64,000 nucleotides of DNA from an uncultured bacterium (GTDB lineage Bacteria > Oederibacteriota > Oederibacteriia > Oederibacteriales > Oederibacteriaceae): NCBI GenBank assembly GCA_965112635.1, contig OZ218778.1:1504001-1568000 (forward strand), read 5' to 3'. Both the position numbers and the translations under genes were made by a program. The notes under the pieces are model-generated. The model made no database searches. It had not been told where the DNA came from and saw nothing but the letters and a program-made list of their open reading frames with translations. Below are positions 1 through 8,975 of this stretch, in pieces. Each line of letters opens with the position of its first letter. Position 1 is the first letter of the stretch.

Positions 1-836
1 TGGATAACAGCGGCAATATTTATGTCTGCGACTGGAATAACAGCGCGGTCTATAAAGAGGATACACACGGGAACGTGACCACGTTTTTGAATGCTTCCAC
101 CAACCTTGGGTCGGGGGCGCATATCGGTTCTCCCTCGGGGATCTGGGTCGATCCATCTGGGAACATTTATCTGTCCGATTCCTGGGGTTATGACGGCACT
201 GCATGGACCACCTTTTTGTTGAAGATCGATACCCAATTCCATATCACCCGGTTGTTGGACGGCTCGCCCCTGGGAGGCATCGAATCTCTGAGCTATGACG
301 GCGCGGGCGGCGACCTCCTCCTCGCGGATGACAGCGATTACGTCTACAAATACAACATTTCCAGCACGGCTTTGACCGCTTTGGCCGGTAACGGCAGTTA
401 CGGGTATTCCGGGGACGGCGGTCCTGCTTTGTCGGCCAAGCTCTATTATCCCAACGGCGCGGCCAGCGATAGTTACGGGAACGTGTATATCGCCGACGCG
501 GATAATTATATCGTCAGGAAAGTTGCCAAGGTCGTTCCGCCCCAGCCAGGCTACGCGCCGGTTGCCGGACCCAATATCGTGGCGGCGCCCATGCCGGTCA
601 AAGCGGGACAGCAGGTCTGTCTGTACTACGACACCGCGCCGGCTTCGGCCAAGTGGACGGTCTACAATACCGCCGGGGAGGTCGTGGCGGCGCTTAATTT
701 CAGCGGGCCGGCCAGGCAGTGCTGGGACACCGGAGCGGCCAAGCTCGCGCCCGGGTTGTATTGGGTCCAGATCAAAGGGGTCAACCCGGACAACACGTAT
801 TATGTGGAATGGAAACGCATCGCCGTAAAACCCTAG
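1..836 (+). CDS. NHL-repeat (beta-propeller) secreted protein with C-terminal FlgD-Ig/T9SS-A-like domain; 5' partial
   Basis: Frame is open from base 3 (DNSGNIYVCDW...). NHL repeats GIWVDPSGNIYLSD and GDGGPALSAKLYYPNGAASDSYGNVYIAD. C-terminal P-x-PV...VYNTAGEVV...WD...LAPGLYWV motif. Confidence 0.8.
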   Translation, partial: DNSGNIYVCDWNNSAVYKEDTHGNVTTFLNASTNLGSGAHIGSPSGIWVDPSGNIYLSDSWGYDGTAWTTFLLKIDTQFHITRLLDGSPLGGIESLSYDGAGGDLLLADDSDYVYKYNISSTALTALAGNGSYGYSGDGGPALSAKLYYPNGAASDSYGNVYIADADNYIVRKVAKVVPPQPGYAPVAGPNIVAAPMPVKAGQQVCLYYDTAPASAKWTVYNTAGEVVAALNFSGPARQCWDTGAAKLAPGLYWVQIKGVNPDNTYYVEWKRIAVKP

Positions 837-1036
837 GTCAAGACAGAGGGCCTTTTTAATACCGAGGAGAGCAAAAGCAGCCTGGTCTTGGCCGCGGACG
901 CCAACCTGTCCCCAACCGACAGCAACCAGCCAGCAATTGTCTTTGTTCTTTAATTTTTGACCGGGGCAAACGCCCTCTCCCGCATCGAACGGGCAGTCCT
1001 TCCTTTCTAGGCCCAAAAGTCGTAGAATAGTTTTTT

Positions 1037-3274
1037 ATGATATGGAAACAGCCTCTTCCTCCACTCATTGAACGCAAACTTAAACAGATCCTGGGTGCCC
1101 GCGAACAGGTGTTGGTGCAAGTGTCCTCCGACCTGTCCAGCCGGGCGTTGTTCGAGGAGTCCTGGCTCGTGGTCACGGACCGCCGGATCCTGAACTTTGA
1201 AGCCAAAGCCGGACAGAAACCCAGGATAGACCTGGACCTAGCCATAAGTTCGGTGACCAAGTCCTACACCCGGCCGATGGTGGGCGGGGGAGCCTTGATC
1301 GCGGAGACCCGAAAACAGCATTACCGGGTCCTCTTGTTCAGCAATTCTCTTTCTGAGCGTTTCGCCCATCTGGCCAAAGGCATTCGTGACCTGGCTAAAG
1401 GCCGGAAGCTGGACCTGCCGGACGACCTGCCTTCGGCGCGGTGCAACCGGTGCGGCAGGCTGGTGCCCCGCAGGCAGGAACGCTGCCCTTTTTGCATCCG
1501 TTATTTTGAAGCCCTGCGCCGCATCCTGGTCTATCTTAAGCCTTACGCCTGGCTGTCTGTTCTGGCCGTGCTGGTCACGAGCATCGCCACCCTGACCCAG
1601 CTGATCCCTCCCCTGATCACGCGTAACATCATTGACGTGGCCATCCCGGGCAAGAACATTTCCAGGCTGGCCTGGCTGGTCATCGGTTTTGGGGCGGTCA
1701 ACCTGGTCTACGCGGTGCTGGTGGTCTTCAACAACAGGCTTTTGGCCTGGCTGGGCGGCCGGGTCGGGACGGACATCCGCTCCCAGGTGTTCCAGGCCGT
1801 GGAAAGGCTGACCCTGACCTTTTTTGACCGCAGGCATTTGGGCCACATCATGTCCCGGGTCGTCAACGACAGCGGCCAGCTCCAGCACTTTTTGATAGAC
1901 GGTTTTCCCTACATTTTCCAGAACATCATAACCCTGGCGGGTATCATTATTATCCTGGCATCTTACTCTCCTATACTGACGCTCCTTATCATGATCCCGG
2001 TGCCTTTCATTTTCGTGGGCCAGTTCGTTTTCTGGAGGGTCGCCCGGAGCATCAACCATAAATGGTGGAACCAGTACTCCCTCCTGAACCAGCGCCTGGG
2101 CGAGTCCATCTCCGGGGTCAGGGTGGTCAAGGCCTTTTTCCAGGAACAACGGGAGATCGGCCGCTTTGACAAGCAGAACCAGAGGCTTTTCAAGGCGCAG
2201 TTCGTGGCGGACAGTTTTTGGGGCATGTTCAATCCCGGCATGCAGTTCTTCGTCTCCTCGGGCATCCTCATCGTGTGGTACGTGGGCGGCCAAAAGGCCA
2301 TGAACCAAACCATGAGCATCGGTACCCTGGTGGCTTTTATCTCCTACCTGTGGATGTTCTACGGGCCGCTTCAATGGTTCAACCTGGTCAACAACTGGAT
2401 GTCCCAGGCTTTTGCCGGGGCGGAGAGGATCTTCGAGACCATGGACACCCAGGCCGAGGTGTATGAGCCGCCGGACGCCAAACCTTTGCCGACCATCCGG
2501 GGTTCCATTGAGTTCAAAAAGGTCACCTTTGCCTACGAAAAAGGCAAGCAGGCCCTGAACAACGTAAGCTTCAAGATCAAGCCCGGCGAAATGATCGGTT
2601 TTGTGGGCAAGTCCGGGTCGGGCAAGACCACCCTTTTGGGACTTTTGTGCCGGTTCTATGTGCCGGACGAGGGAGAAATATTAGTGGATGGCATCCCCAT
2701 CAACCAGATCAGGCTGGAGGACCTGCGCAGGCATTTCGGGCTGGTCCTGCAGGACCCGTTCCTGTTCGGTTCTTCCATCTACGAAAATATTTCTTACAGC
2801 CGGTCTGACTCGAAGATCGAGGAGGTCCTGCTGGCTGCCCGGGCTGCCAATGCCCACGACTTTATCATGACCAAGCCGGACGCTTATGACACCCGGGTGG
2901 GCGAGCGGGGCAACCGCCTGTCCGGCGGGGAAAAGCAGAGGATCTCCATTGCCAGGGCCATCCTGCACGACCCGCGGGTCCTCATCCTGGACGAGGCCAC
3001 TTCTTCGGTGGACTCGGAGACAGAGTCCAAGATCCAGCAGGCCCTGGACAGGCTGGTGAGCCAGCGGACCACCCTGGTCTCGGCGCACCGGTTGTCCACC
3101 CTGCGCAACGCCGACCGGATCTTCGTGATGGAGGAGGGCCGCATCGCGGAGATCGGTTCGCACAAGCAGTTGATGGCCCGCCGGGGCAAGTATTTCCGCA
3201 TCGTCAAGGCACAGGAAAAGATGTGGCGTAAGGGTAAGAAAAACCTTTCATTGGCCGGCGGCAAGGGGGCATGA
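1037..3274 (+). CDS. ABC exporter (fused TMD + NBD) with N-terminal PH-like and Cys4 Zn-ribbon extension
   Basis: Walker A GKSGSGKT, signature LSGGEKQR, Walker B ILDEATS; about 6 TM helices; CNRC...CPFC before the TMD. Confidence 0.9.
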   Translation: MIWKQPLPPLIERKLKQILGAREQVLVQVSSDLSSRALFEESWLVVTDRRILNFEAKAGQKPRIDLDLAISSVTKSYTRPMVGGGALIAETRKQHYRVLLFSNSLSERFAHLAKGIRDLAKGRKLDLPDDLPSARCNRCGRLVPRRQERCPFCIRYFEALRRILVYLKPYAWLSVLAVLVTSIATLTQLIPPLITRNIIDVAIPGKNISRLAWLVIGFGAVNLVYAVLVVFNNRLLAWLGGRVGTDIRSQVFQAVERLTLTFFDRRHLGHIMSRVVNDSGQLQHFLIDGFPYIFQNIITLAGIIIILASYSPILTLLIMIPVPFIFVGQFVFWRVARSINHKWWNQYSLLNQRLGESISGVRVVKAFFQEQREIGRFDKQNQRLFKAQFVADSFWGMFNPGMQFFVSSGILIVWYVGGQKAMNQTMSIGTLVAFISYLWMFYGPLQWFNLVNNWMSQAFAGAERIFETMDTQAEVYEPPDAKPLPTIRGSIEFKKVTFAYEKGKQALNNVSFKIKPGEMIGFVGKSGSGKTTLLGLLCRFYVPDEGEILVDGIPINQIRLEDLRRHFGLVLQDPFLFGSSIYENISYSRSDSKIEEVLLAARAANAHDFIMTKPDAYDTRVGERGNRLSGGEKQRISIARAILHDPRVLILDEATSSVDSETESKIQQALDRLVSQRTTLVSAHRLSTLRNADRIFVMEEGRIAEIGSHKQLMARRGKYFRIVKAQEKMWRKGKKNLSLAGGKGA

Positions 3275-3783
3275 TGAGGAGAAGGACGCCAAAACTCAGA
3301 GGTTTCAGGATTTTTGAGGCAGACCAGGTCAGGCTGGAACTCAACCCGGACAGGACCGTGAAATTGCGTTACGAGGACAAGGTCTATCCCCGGGTCAAGA
3401 TAGTGCTGTGCCGGCCTCTTTACGACCCGGACCACTACGCCAGCGTACAGACCACCAAGCACAAGGAGATCGGCATCATCCGGCCGGTCAAGGGTTTGCG
3501 CAAAGCGGACCGGGAGGTAGTGCAGGAAAGCCTCCTGGGATACTACCTCACTTGCCGCATCAAAAGGGTCGTGTCTTTGGCGCACCAGTTCGGGGCTGTC
3601 TACTGGAGCGTGGAAACGGATAAAGGGCCCAGGGAGTTCGTCATCAGGGGAATTTCCGAGCATGTGCGCTGGCTGGCGGATTCCAGGCTGTTGATCACGG
3701 ATGTGGATGGCAACCGCTTTGAGATCCCTGATATGGAAAAACTGGACAAAGCCAGCCAGAACTATATCGATCTAGTCCTTTAA
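3271..3783 (+). CDS. DUF1854 family protein
   Basis: ATGA overlap with the ABC gene; motifs W-x-VETDKG and LLITDVDGNRFEIPD are typical of DUF1854. Confidence 0.8.
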   Translation: MMRRRTPKLRGFRIFEADQVRLELNPDRTVKLRYEDKVYPRVKIVLCRPLYDPDHYASVQTTKHKEIGIIRPVKGLRKADREVVQESLLGYYLTCRIKRVVSLAHQFGAVYWSVETDKGPREFVIRGISEHVRWLADSRLLITDVDGNRFEIPDMEKLDKASQNYIDLVL

Positions 3784-3820
3784 GTTCTTGGTGGGATAAA
3801 AAAACAAGCAGGCGGTAGAC

Positions 3821-5116
3821 ATGGGCATCCCAAAAAACCACGCCAAATCAATCCTTTTATTAGCGGTTTTCTTCCTGTGCCTTTTACCTGCCGCGATTTC
3901 CTGGGCCGCCACCGCGGGGGTCTATTGTTATAACGTGGCCATGGATTACGCCAAAAAAAAGGATTACGACAAGGTCATCGAGTTTTATACCAAAGCTTTG
4001 GACCTGGAGCTGACCTATCCGTATAACGCCTACGCTTACTGCAGCCGCGGGTTTGCCTATGACCAAAAAGGCGAACACGACAAGGCCATCCAGGATTACA
4101 CCAAGTCGCTTTCACTAAAGCCGGACAATGAGATCGCCTACCATCTCCGCGGATGCGATTATATGGCCAAAGGGAAGCTTGACGAAGCCCTGGAAGATTT
4201 TAACCAAGCCATCTGGCAGAAATCAGATTTTGAGGATGCCTTTGATAACCGGGGTTCTCTCTTTACCCTTAAAGGAGAGTATGATCTGGCCATCGAGGAT
4301 TTCACCAAGGCCATCTGGATAAAACCGAACGACCCCGAGCCTTATGTTTACCGCGGGAATGCCTACCATGAACAGGGTCAGTACAGCCGGGCCATCGGGG
4401 ACTACTGCAAAGCCATTTCGCTCAAGCCGGATGATGAAGACGCCTACAACGACCGGGGAGCCACCTATTGCGTCAAAGGCGAGTATGGCAAGGCCGTGGG
4501 GGACTATAACAAAGCCGTCACGCTCAAGCCTGATGATTTCAAGACAGCCGGCTATCTTGGCTGGATGTTTTTTATGCAGGGAAAATTGGACCAGGCCCTA
4601 GGGCAGTACGAGAAAGTCCTGGGTAATAAAAAACAGAAAAATAACCTCGGTTATTTTTACATGAACGAGATCATTGCCTTGCAGGAGAAAAAAGACAACA
4701 AGCAGATGCAGGACGCCTGGCAAAAAGCCAATGCTTATTTAAAAGGCAGGATCAGGAGAGAACCTCTGTCTCCCGATAATTATTTTTATCTGGCGGCCGT
4801 GGATAGCGAAGCTGGAGAGGAGCTGGATATGGCCCTGGCCATGGCTCAGAAGATGATGAAAATAAATCCTTCGCCCGAAAATCTGTATATTTTGGGACTT
4901 GGTTATTACAAAAAAGGCGAACTTTCCAACGCCATTGAAAACATGGAAAAATCCCTGGCCGTCAACCCGAACGACCCCTGGCACCTCTACCGGCTGGGGC
5001 TGGTTTACAGGGATGCCGGCCAGCTGGCCAAAGCTAAAAAGGTTTGGGAGCAGGGGCTGCTGGTCAATCCCAGACACCGCCTCATCAAAAAGGAACTGGC
5101 AAAACTTCCCCGATGA
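3821..5116 (+). CDS. Secreted tetratricopeptide-repeat protein
   Basis: Signal peptide; many 34-aa repeats AY.NRG..Y...G.Y..AI.DY.KAI.LKP. Confidence 0.9.
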   Translation: MGIPKNHAKSILLLAVFFLCLLPAAISWAATAGVYCYNVAMDYAKKKDYDKVIEFYTKALDLELTYPYNAYAYCSRGFAYDQKGEHDKAIQDYTKSLSLKPDNEIAYHLRGCDYMAKGKLDEALEDFNQAIWQKSDFEDAFDNRGSLFTLKGEYDLAIEDFTKAIWIKPNDPEPYVYRGNAYHEQGQYSRAIGDYCKAISLKPDDEDAYNDRGATYCVKGEYGKAVGDYNKAVTLKPDDFKTAGYLGWMFFMQGKLDQALGQYEKVLGNKKQKNNLGYFYMNEIIALQEKKDNKQMQDAWQKANAYLKGRIRREPLSPDNYFYLAAVDSEAGEELDMALAMAQKMMKINPSPENLYILGLGYYKKGELSNAIENMEKSLAVNPNDPWHLYRLGLVYRDAGQLAKAKKVWEQGLLVNPRHRLIKKELAKLPR

Positions 5117-5246
5117 TCAAGACGGATACCCAGGCCCTTCCTTCAGTTTTTCAATACAATAGGCAGGCTTTTTTCTATAGCGGGTTTGGGGGTAATATGA
5201 CAAAATTGTCTTTCCAAATCCAGGGGTCGGAAAAGGCGCATGCGTC

Positions 5247-7154
5247 ATGGAAAAAACCCAATTAAGTCGCTTGCTCAAGGATATCCAAAAGGTCCGTGTA
5301 GCGGTGCTGGGAGATTTTTGCCTGGATGTTTACTGGTCCCTGGACCTGTCCAAAAGCGAACCTTCGGTGGAGACCGGCCTGAAGACCAATCCCATCAAAA
5401 AGCAAAAATACAGCCTGGGCGGAGCCGGCAACCTGGTCAATAACCTCACGGCTTTGAAGTGCCAGAAGGTCTATGCGCTGGGCGTCATCGGTGATGACCC
5501 CTGGGGACACGAGATGCACCGTCTTTTCAAGGAGCAAAGAGCGGACTCCTCAGGCATCCTGGTCCAAAAGCACGACTGGTCCACCCTGGTTTACATCAAG
5601 CCCTCGGTATTCGATAAAGAGCAGGGCCGGTTTGACAGCGGCAATTTCAACCGCATCTCGGATAAGACCATCAAAACCCTGTTGGCCAAGCTCAAGGCGC
5701 TACTTCCCAAGGTCCATATCGTGATCATCAACCAGCAGATCAAGGACGCCTTGCACAGCCCGGCCATGCGCCAAGAACTGGCCAGGCTCATCAGGAGCAA
5801 TCCCAAGAAAATATTCATCGTGGACTCCCGCGATTACGGCAAGGATTATTTGGGCGCTTATTTAAAGCTCAATGACCACGAGGCAGCCAGGCTGTGCGGG
5901 GTCGTGCGCAGTCCGGAGGCCATGGTCTTGAGGGAAGAGGCGGTCCAGGCAGGGCACAACCTGTTCAAGAAATTCCAAAAGCCGGTGTTCATCACCCGCG
6001 GGGGCAGGGGACTGCTGGTCAGGGACAAAGCAGGCCTGCACGAAATCCCGGCCATACAGGTTTTGAACAAGATAGACCCCTTGGGCGCGGGGGATTCCAC
6101 CCTGGCGGGCATCAGCCTGGCCCTGGGAGCCGGCAGGGACCCGCAAACCGCGGCCCAACTGGGTTCCTTCACGGCTACGGTCACCATCCAAAAGGTTCAC
6201 CAGACCGGCACGGCCTCGCCAGCAGAGGCCTTGGCCGTAGGCACTGACCCGGATTTTATTTATAACCCGGAACTTTCCGAAGACCCCCGCAAAGCGCGTT
6301 TTCATCAGGACACCGAGATAGAGATCGTCACCAAAGCCAGGGAAGGCTTGAACCTTACCCACGCGATCTTTGACCATGATGGCACCATTTCCACCCTGCG
6401 GCAGGGCTGGGAAGCGGTCATGGAAAAGATGATGATAGGGGCCATCTTGGGCGACAAGCTCCAGACCGCTGACGAGTCGCTCTATCTCCATGTCACGGAA
6501 CAGGCCAGGATCTTTATAGACAAGACAACAGGCATTCAAACGATAGAACAGATGGTCGGCCTGGTCTTCCTGGTCCAGGATTTTGGGTGCGTACCTAGGA
6601 AAAAGATCCTGACCCCTGCAGAATATAAAAAGATTTACAACAAATATCTGTTGGAAATGGTGGATGTCAGGCTGAAAAAAATATCCAACCAAGAGCTAGC
6701 CGCTGAGGATTTCATGATCAAAAACTCCAGGGAGTTCTTGAAACAGCTCAGGCAGCAGGGGGTCAAGCTTATCCTGGCCAGCGGGACCGACCAAAAGGAC
6801 GTGGAAAAAGAGGCTAAATTCATGGGCTATGCCGACCTTTTCAACGGCGGCATTTACGGGTCCCAGGGCATTATCAATAAAGACGCGAAAAAGGTGGTCC
6901 TCGACAGGATCATGGCCGACCTGGGAGACCATGTTATGACCGGACTGGCCACTTTTGGGGACGGTCCGGTGGAAATGCGGGAGACCCGCAAAAGAGGCGG
7001 TTTGGCTTGCGGAGTGGCCACGGACGAGATACGCAGGTTCGGGCTCAATCCGGCCAAGCGGACCCGGCTCATCCGGGCAGGGGCAGACCTCATCATCCCG
7101 GATTTTTCCCAGTTGGAAAACATTTTGGAATTCTTAAAGGTGGAACTGTCCTAA
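5247..7154 (+). CDS. PfkB/HldE(RfaE)-like sugar kinase fused to a HAD-family hydrolase
   Basis: N-terminal VLGDFCLDVY, GGAGN, DPLGAGDS (PfkB signature); C-terminal FDHDGT (HAD motif I), ASGT, FGDGPVE. Confidence 0.8.
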   Translation: MEKTQLSRLLKDIQKVRVAVLGDFCLDVYWSLDLSKSEPSVETGLKTNPIKKQKYSLGGAGNLVNNLTALKCQKVYALGVIGDDPWGHEMHRLFKEQRADSSGILVQKHDWSTLVYIKPSVFDKEQGRFDSGNFNRISDKTIKTLLAKLKALLPKVHIVIINQQIKDALHSPAMRQELARLIRSNPKKIFIVDSRDYGKDYLGAYLKLNDHEAARLCGVVRSPEAMVLREEAVQAGHNLFKKFQKPVFITRGGRGLLVRDKAGLHEIPAIQVLNKIDPLGAGDSTLAGISLALGAGRDPQTAAQLGSFTATVTIQKVHQTGTASPAEALAVGTDPDFIYNPELSEDPRKARFHQDTEIEIVTKAREGLNLTHAIFDHDGTISTLRQGWEAVMEKMMIGAILGDKLQTADESLYLHVTEQARIFIDKTTGIQTIEQMVGLVFLVQDFGCVPRKKILTPAEYKKIYNKYLLEMVDVRLKKISNQELAAEDFMIKNSREFLKQLRQQGVKLILASGTDQKDVEKEAKFMGYADLFNGGIYGSQGIINKDAKKVVLDRIMADLGDHVMTGLATFGDGPVEMRETRKRGGLACGVATDEIRRFGLNPAKRTRLIRAGADLIIPDFSQLENILEFLKVELS

Positions 7155-7178
7155 AAAAGGACAGGAAATAGAGACGAC

Positions 7179-7790
7179 TTGAAACCTGTTTTTCTTTTTG
7201 ACATAGGCATGGTGATGATAGATTTTGACCTGAACATCCTGTTCGACCGGATAAGCAGGATGACCTCCATCCCCGTGGAGAAAGTTTGGGAGGAACGCAA
7301 CCGCGACATAGTGAGCGTGGAAACAGGCAGGATGTCCAGCCAGGACTATTTCAAAAAGAAAGCGCGGGCCTGGTCCCTGGATTGGGATTACAACCAGTGG
7401 CTGAGCGCCTGGGCTGAGATCTACTGGACCAATGAAAAGGGACGCAGCCTGTTCCTGTCCCTGAAAAAACAGGGTTATCCTGTGTGCATTGTGAGCAATT
7501 TGGCGGAGTTTAATAAGCTGGCCCTGGAACTAAAAAATCCGGGATTTTTTGAGGCAAGCACCAGAAATTTTTTGTCCTATGAGCTGGGTCTCCTAAAGCC
7601 CGACCTTAAAATTTATCAGGCCGTATGCCGGGCGCTGGGAGTTCAGCCCGAACAGTGCACTTTTATTGATGACCTGGCGGAGAACATAGCCGGCGCCCAG
7701 GCAGCTGGGATGAAGGCCGTCCATTTCAGGCAGGACAATTTTTCTGAGGTTGTCCGGGAGATAGAAAAGATAAAATCTGTTTCAAGGTAG
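7179..7790 (+). CDS. HAD-family phosphatase (YihX-like)
   Basis: FDIGMV, SN, KPD, FIDD..EN motifs; TTG start. Confidence 0.85.
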   Translation: MKPVFLFDIGMVMIDFDLNILFDRISRMTSIPVEKVWEERNRDIVSVETGRMSSQDYFKKKARAWSLDWDYNQWLSAWAEIYWTNEKGRSLFLSLKKQGYPVCIVSNLAEFNKLALELKNPGFFEASTRNFLSYELGLLKPDLKIYQAVCRALGVQPEQCTFIDDLAENIAGAQAAGMKAVHFRQDNFSEVVREIEKIKSVSR

Positions 7791-7814
7791 ACTTATTTTC
7801 TGATAGGAGATGTT

Positions 7815-8927
7815 ATGAACAAACCCAAAAGACCGATGCTGAACAGGGCGGAGTTGAAATTCAAGCCCTTGTCCCAGAGGAAAAACCGGCAGATGGCTGA
7901 CCGGGATATGATAGATGTTTCTAAGGAGCCGCATCCCCTGACGGATGATTCAGCTAAAGTATTGGCCCTGGCCATCCAGCGTATCAAAAAAGCCAAGGAA
8001 CAAAAAAAACCAGTGATAATGGCTTTTGGCGCTCATACCATCAAGAACGGCTTGGGGCCGGTCCTCATTAAATTGATAGAAGAAGGCTGGGTTACCCATT
8101 TGGCCACCAATGGCGCCGGCGTCATCCATGACTGGGAGTTCTCTTACCTGGGCCAGACCAGCGAACATGTGCAGGAAAACGTCAAAAAAGGGGAGTTTGG
8201 CAATTGGGAAGAGACGGGCCGTTACATCAATATGGCCATCAATGTGGGTGCTTATGAAGGGCTGGGTTATGGCGAGGCCGTAGGTTCTCTTATCTTAAAC
8301 GAAGGGTTTCGAATACCCACTGTGGATGAGCTGAACCATGACCTACCGGCATTGATAAAAGATGATCCGGATAAGGCTGCTGCCGGGGCTGACCTTCTGT
8401 ATTTGCACAAGAATTTTAAACTCTCCTCGGGCTGGAACAGCGTCAAGCATTCCTGGAAACAGTTCAGCATTCAGGCGGCCAGCCTCAAGCTGGGCGTGCC
8501 TTTTACCAGCCATCCCATGTTCGGGCATGACATCATTTACAACCATCCGCTCAATTGCGGGGCGGCCATCGGACGCGCGGCCCAGAGGGATTTCCTGTGC
8601 TTTGCCGAAGGCGTAAGCAGGATATCCGGCGGAGTATACCTTTCGGTGGGGTCTGCGGTGATGTCGCCGATGATATTTGAAAAATCAATGTCTATGGCCC
8701 AGAACCTGGCCCTGCAGCGGGGTGAAGAGATGAAAAATCATTTCATCCTGGTGGTGGACGTAGCACCGGCGACCTGGGACTGGGCCAAGGGCGAACCGCC
8801 GGAGCACAACCCGGCCTATTACCAGAGGTATAACAAATCTTTCAACCGGATGGGCGGGGAGATGAGATATCTCAGCGCCGACAACCGGGATTTCCTGCTG
8901 TCCCTGTACCAACAACTCCATCGGTAA
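7815..8927 (+). CDS. Uncharacterised protein, probable deoxyhypusine-synthase-like NAD-binding fold
   Basis: GAHTIKNGL...THLATNGAGVIHDWE and GSAVMSP resemble DHS-like family motifs; strong RBS AGGAG. Confidence 0.55.
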   Translation: MNKPKRPMLNRAELKFKPLSQRKNRQMADRDMIDVSKEPHPLTDDSAKVLALAIQRIKKAKEQKKPVIMAFGAHTIKNGLGPVLIKLIEEGWVTHLATNGAGVIHDWEFSYLGQTSEHVQENVKKGEFGNWEETGRYINMAINVGAYEGLGYGEAVGSLILNEGFRIPTVDELNHDLPALIKDDPDKAAAGADLLYLHKNFKLSSGWNSVKHSWKQFSIQAASLKLGVPFTSHPMFGHDIIYNHPLNCGAAIGRAAQRDFLCFAEGVSRISGGVYLSVGSAVMSPMIFEKSMSMAQNLALQRGEEMKNHFILVVDVAPATWDWAKGEPPEHNPAYYQRYNKSFNRMGGEMRYLSADNRDFLLSLYQQLHR

Positions 8928-8975
8928 ATATTGTCTGTTATTATTTAAAATCTTATTTTAAGGAGGAATATTTCA

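Noticed and set aside
837-1036. Possible riboswitch (GGGCAAAC, c-di-GMP-like) upstream of the ABC gene
   Set aside because: The GAAA tetraloop/receptor and P2 elements could not be found.
3950-4560. Periodic nucleotide similarity in the TPR gene (DGR- or array-like)
   Set aside because: Explained by 34-aa TPR coding repeats.
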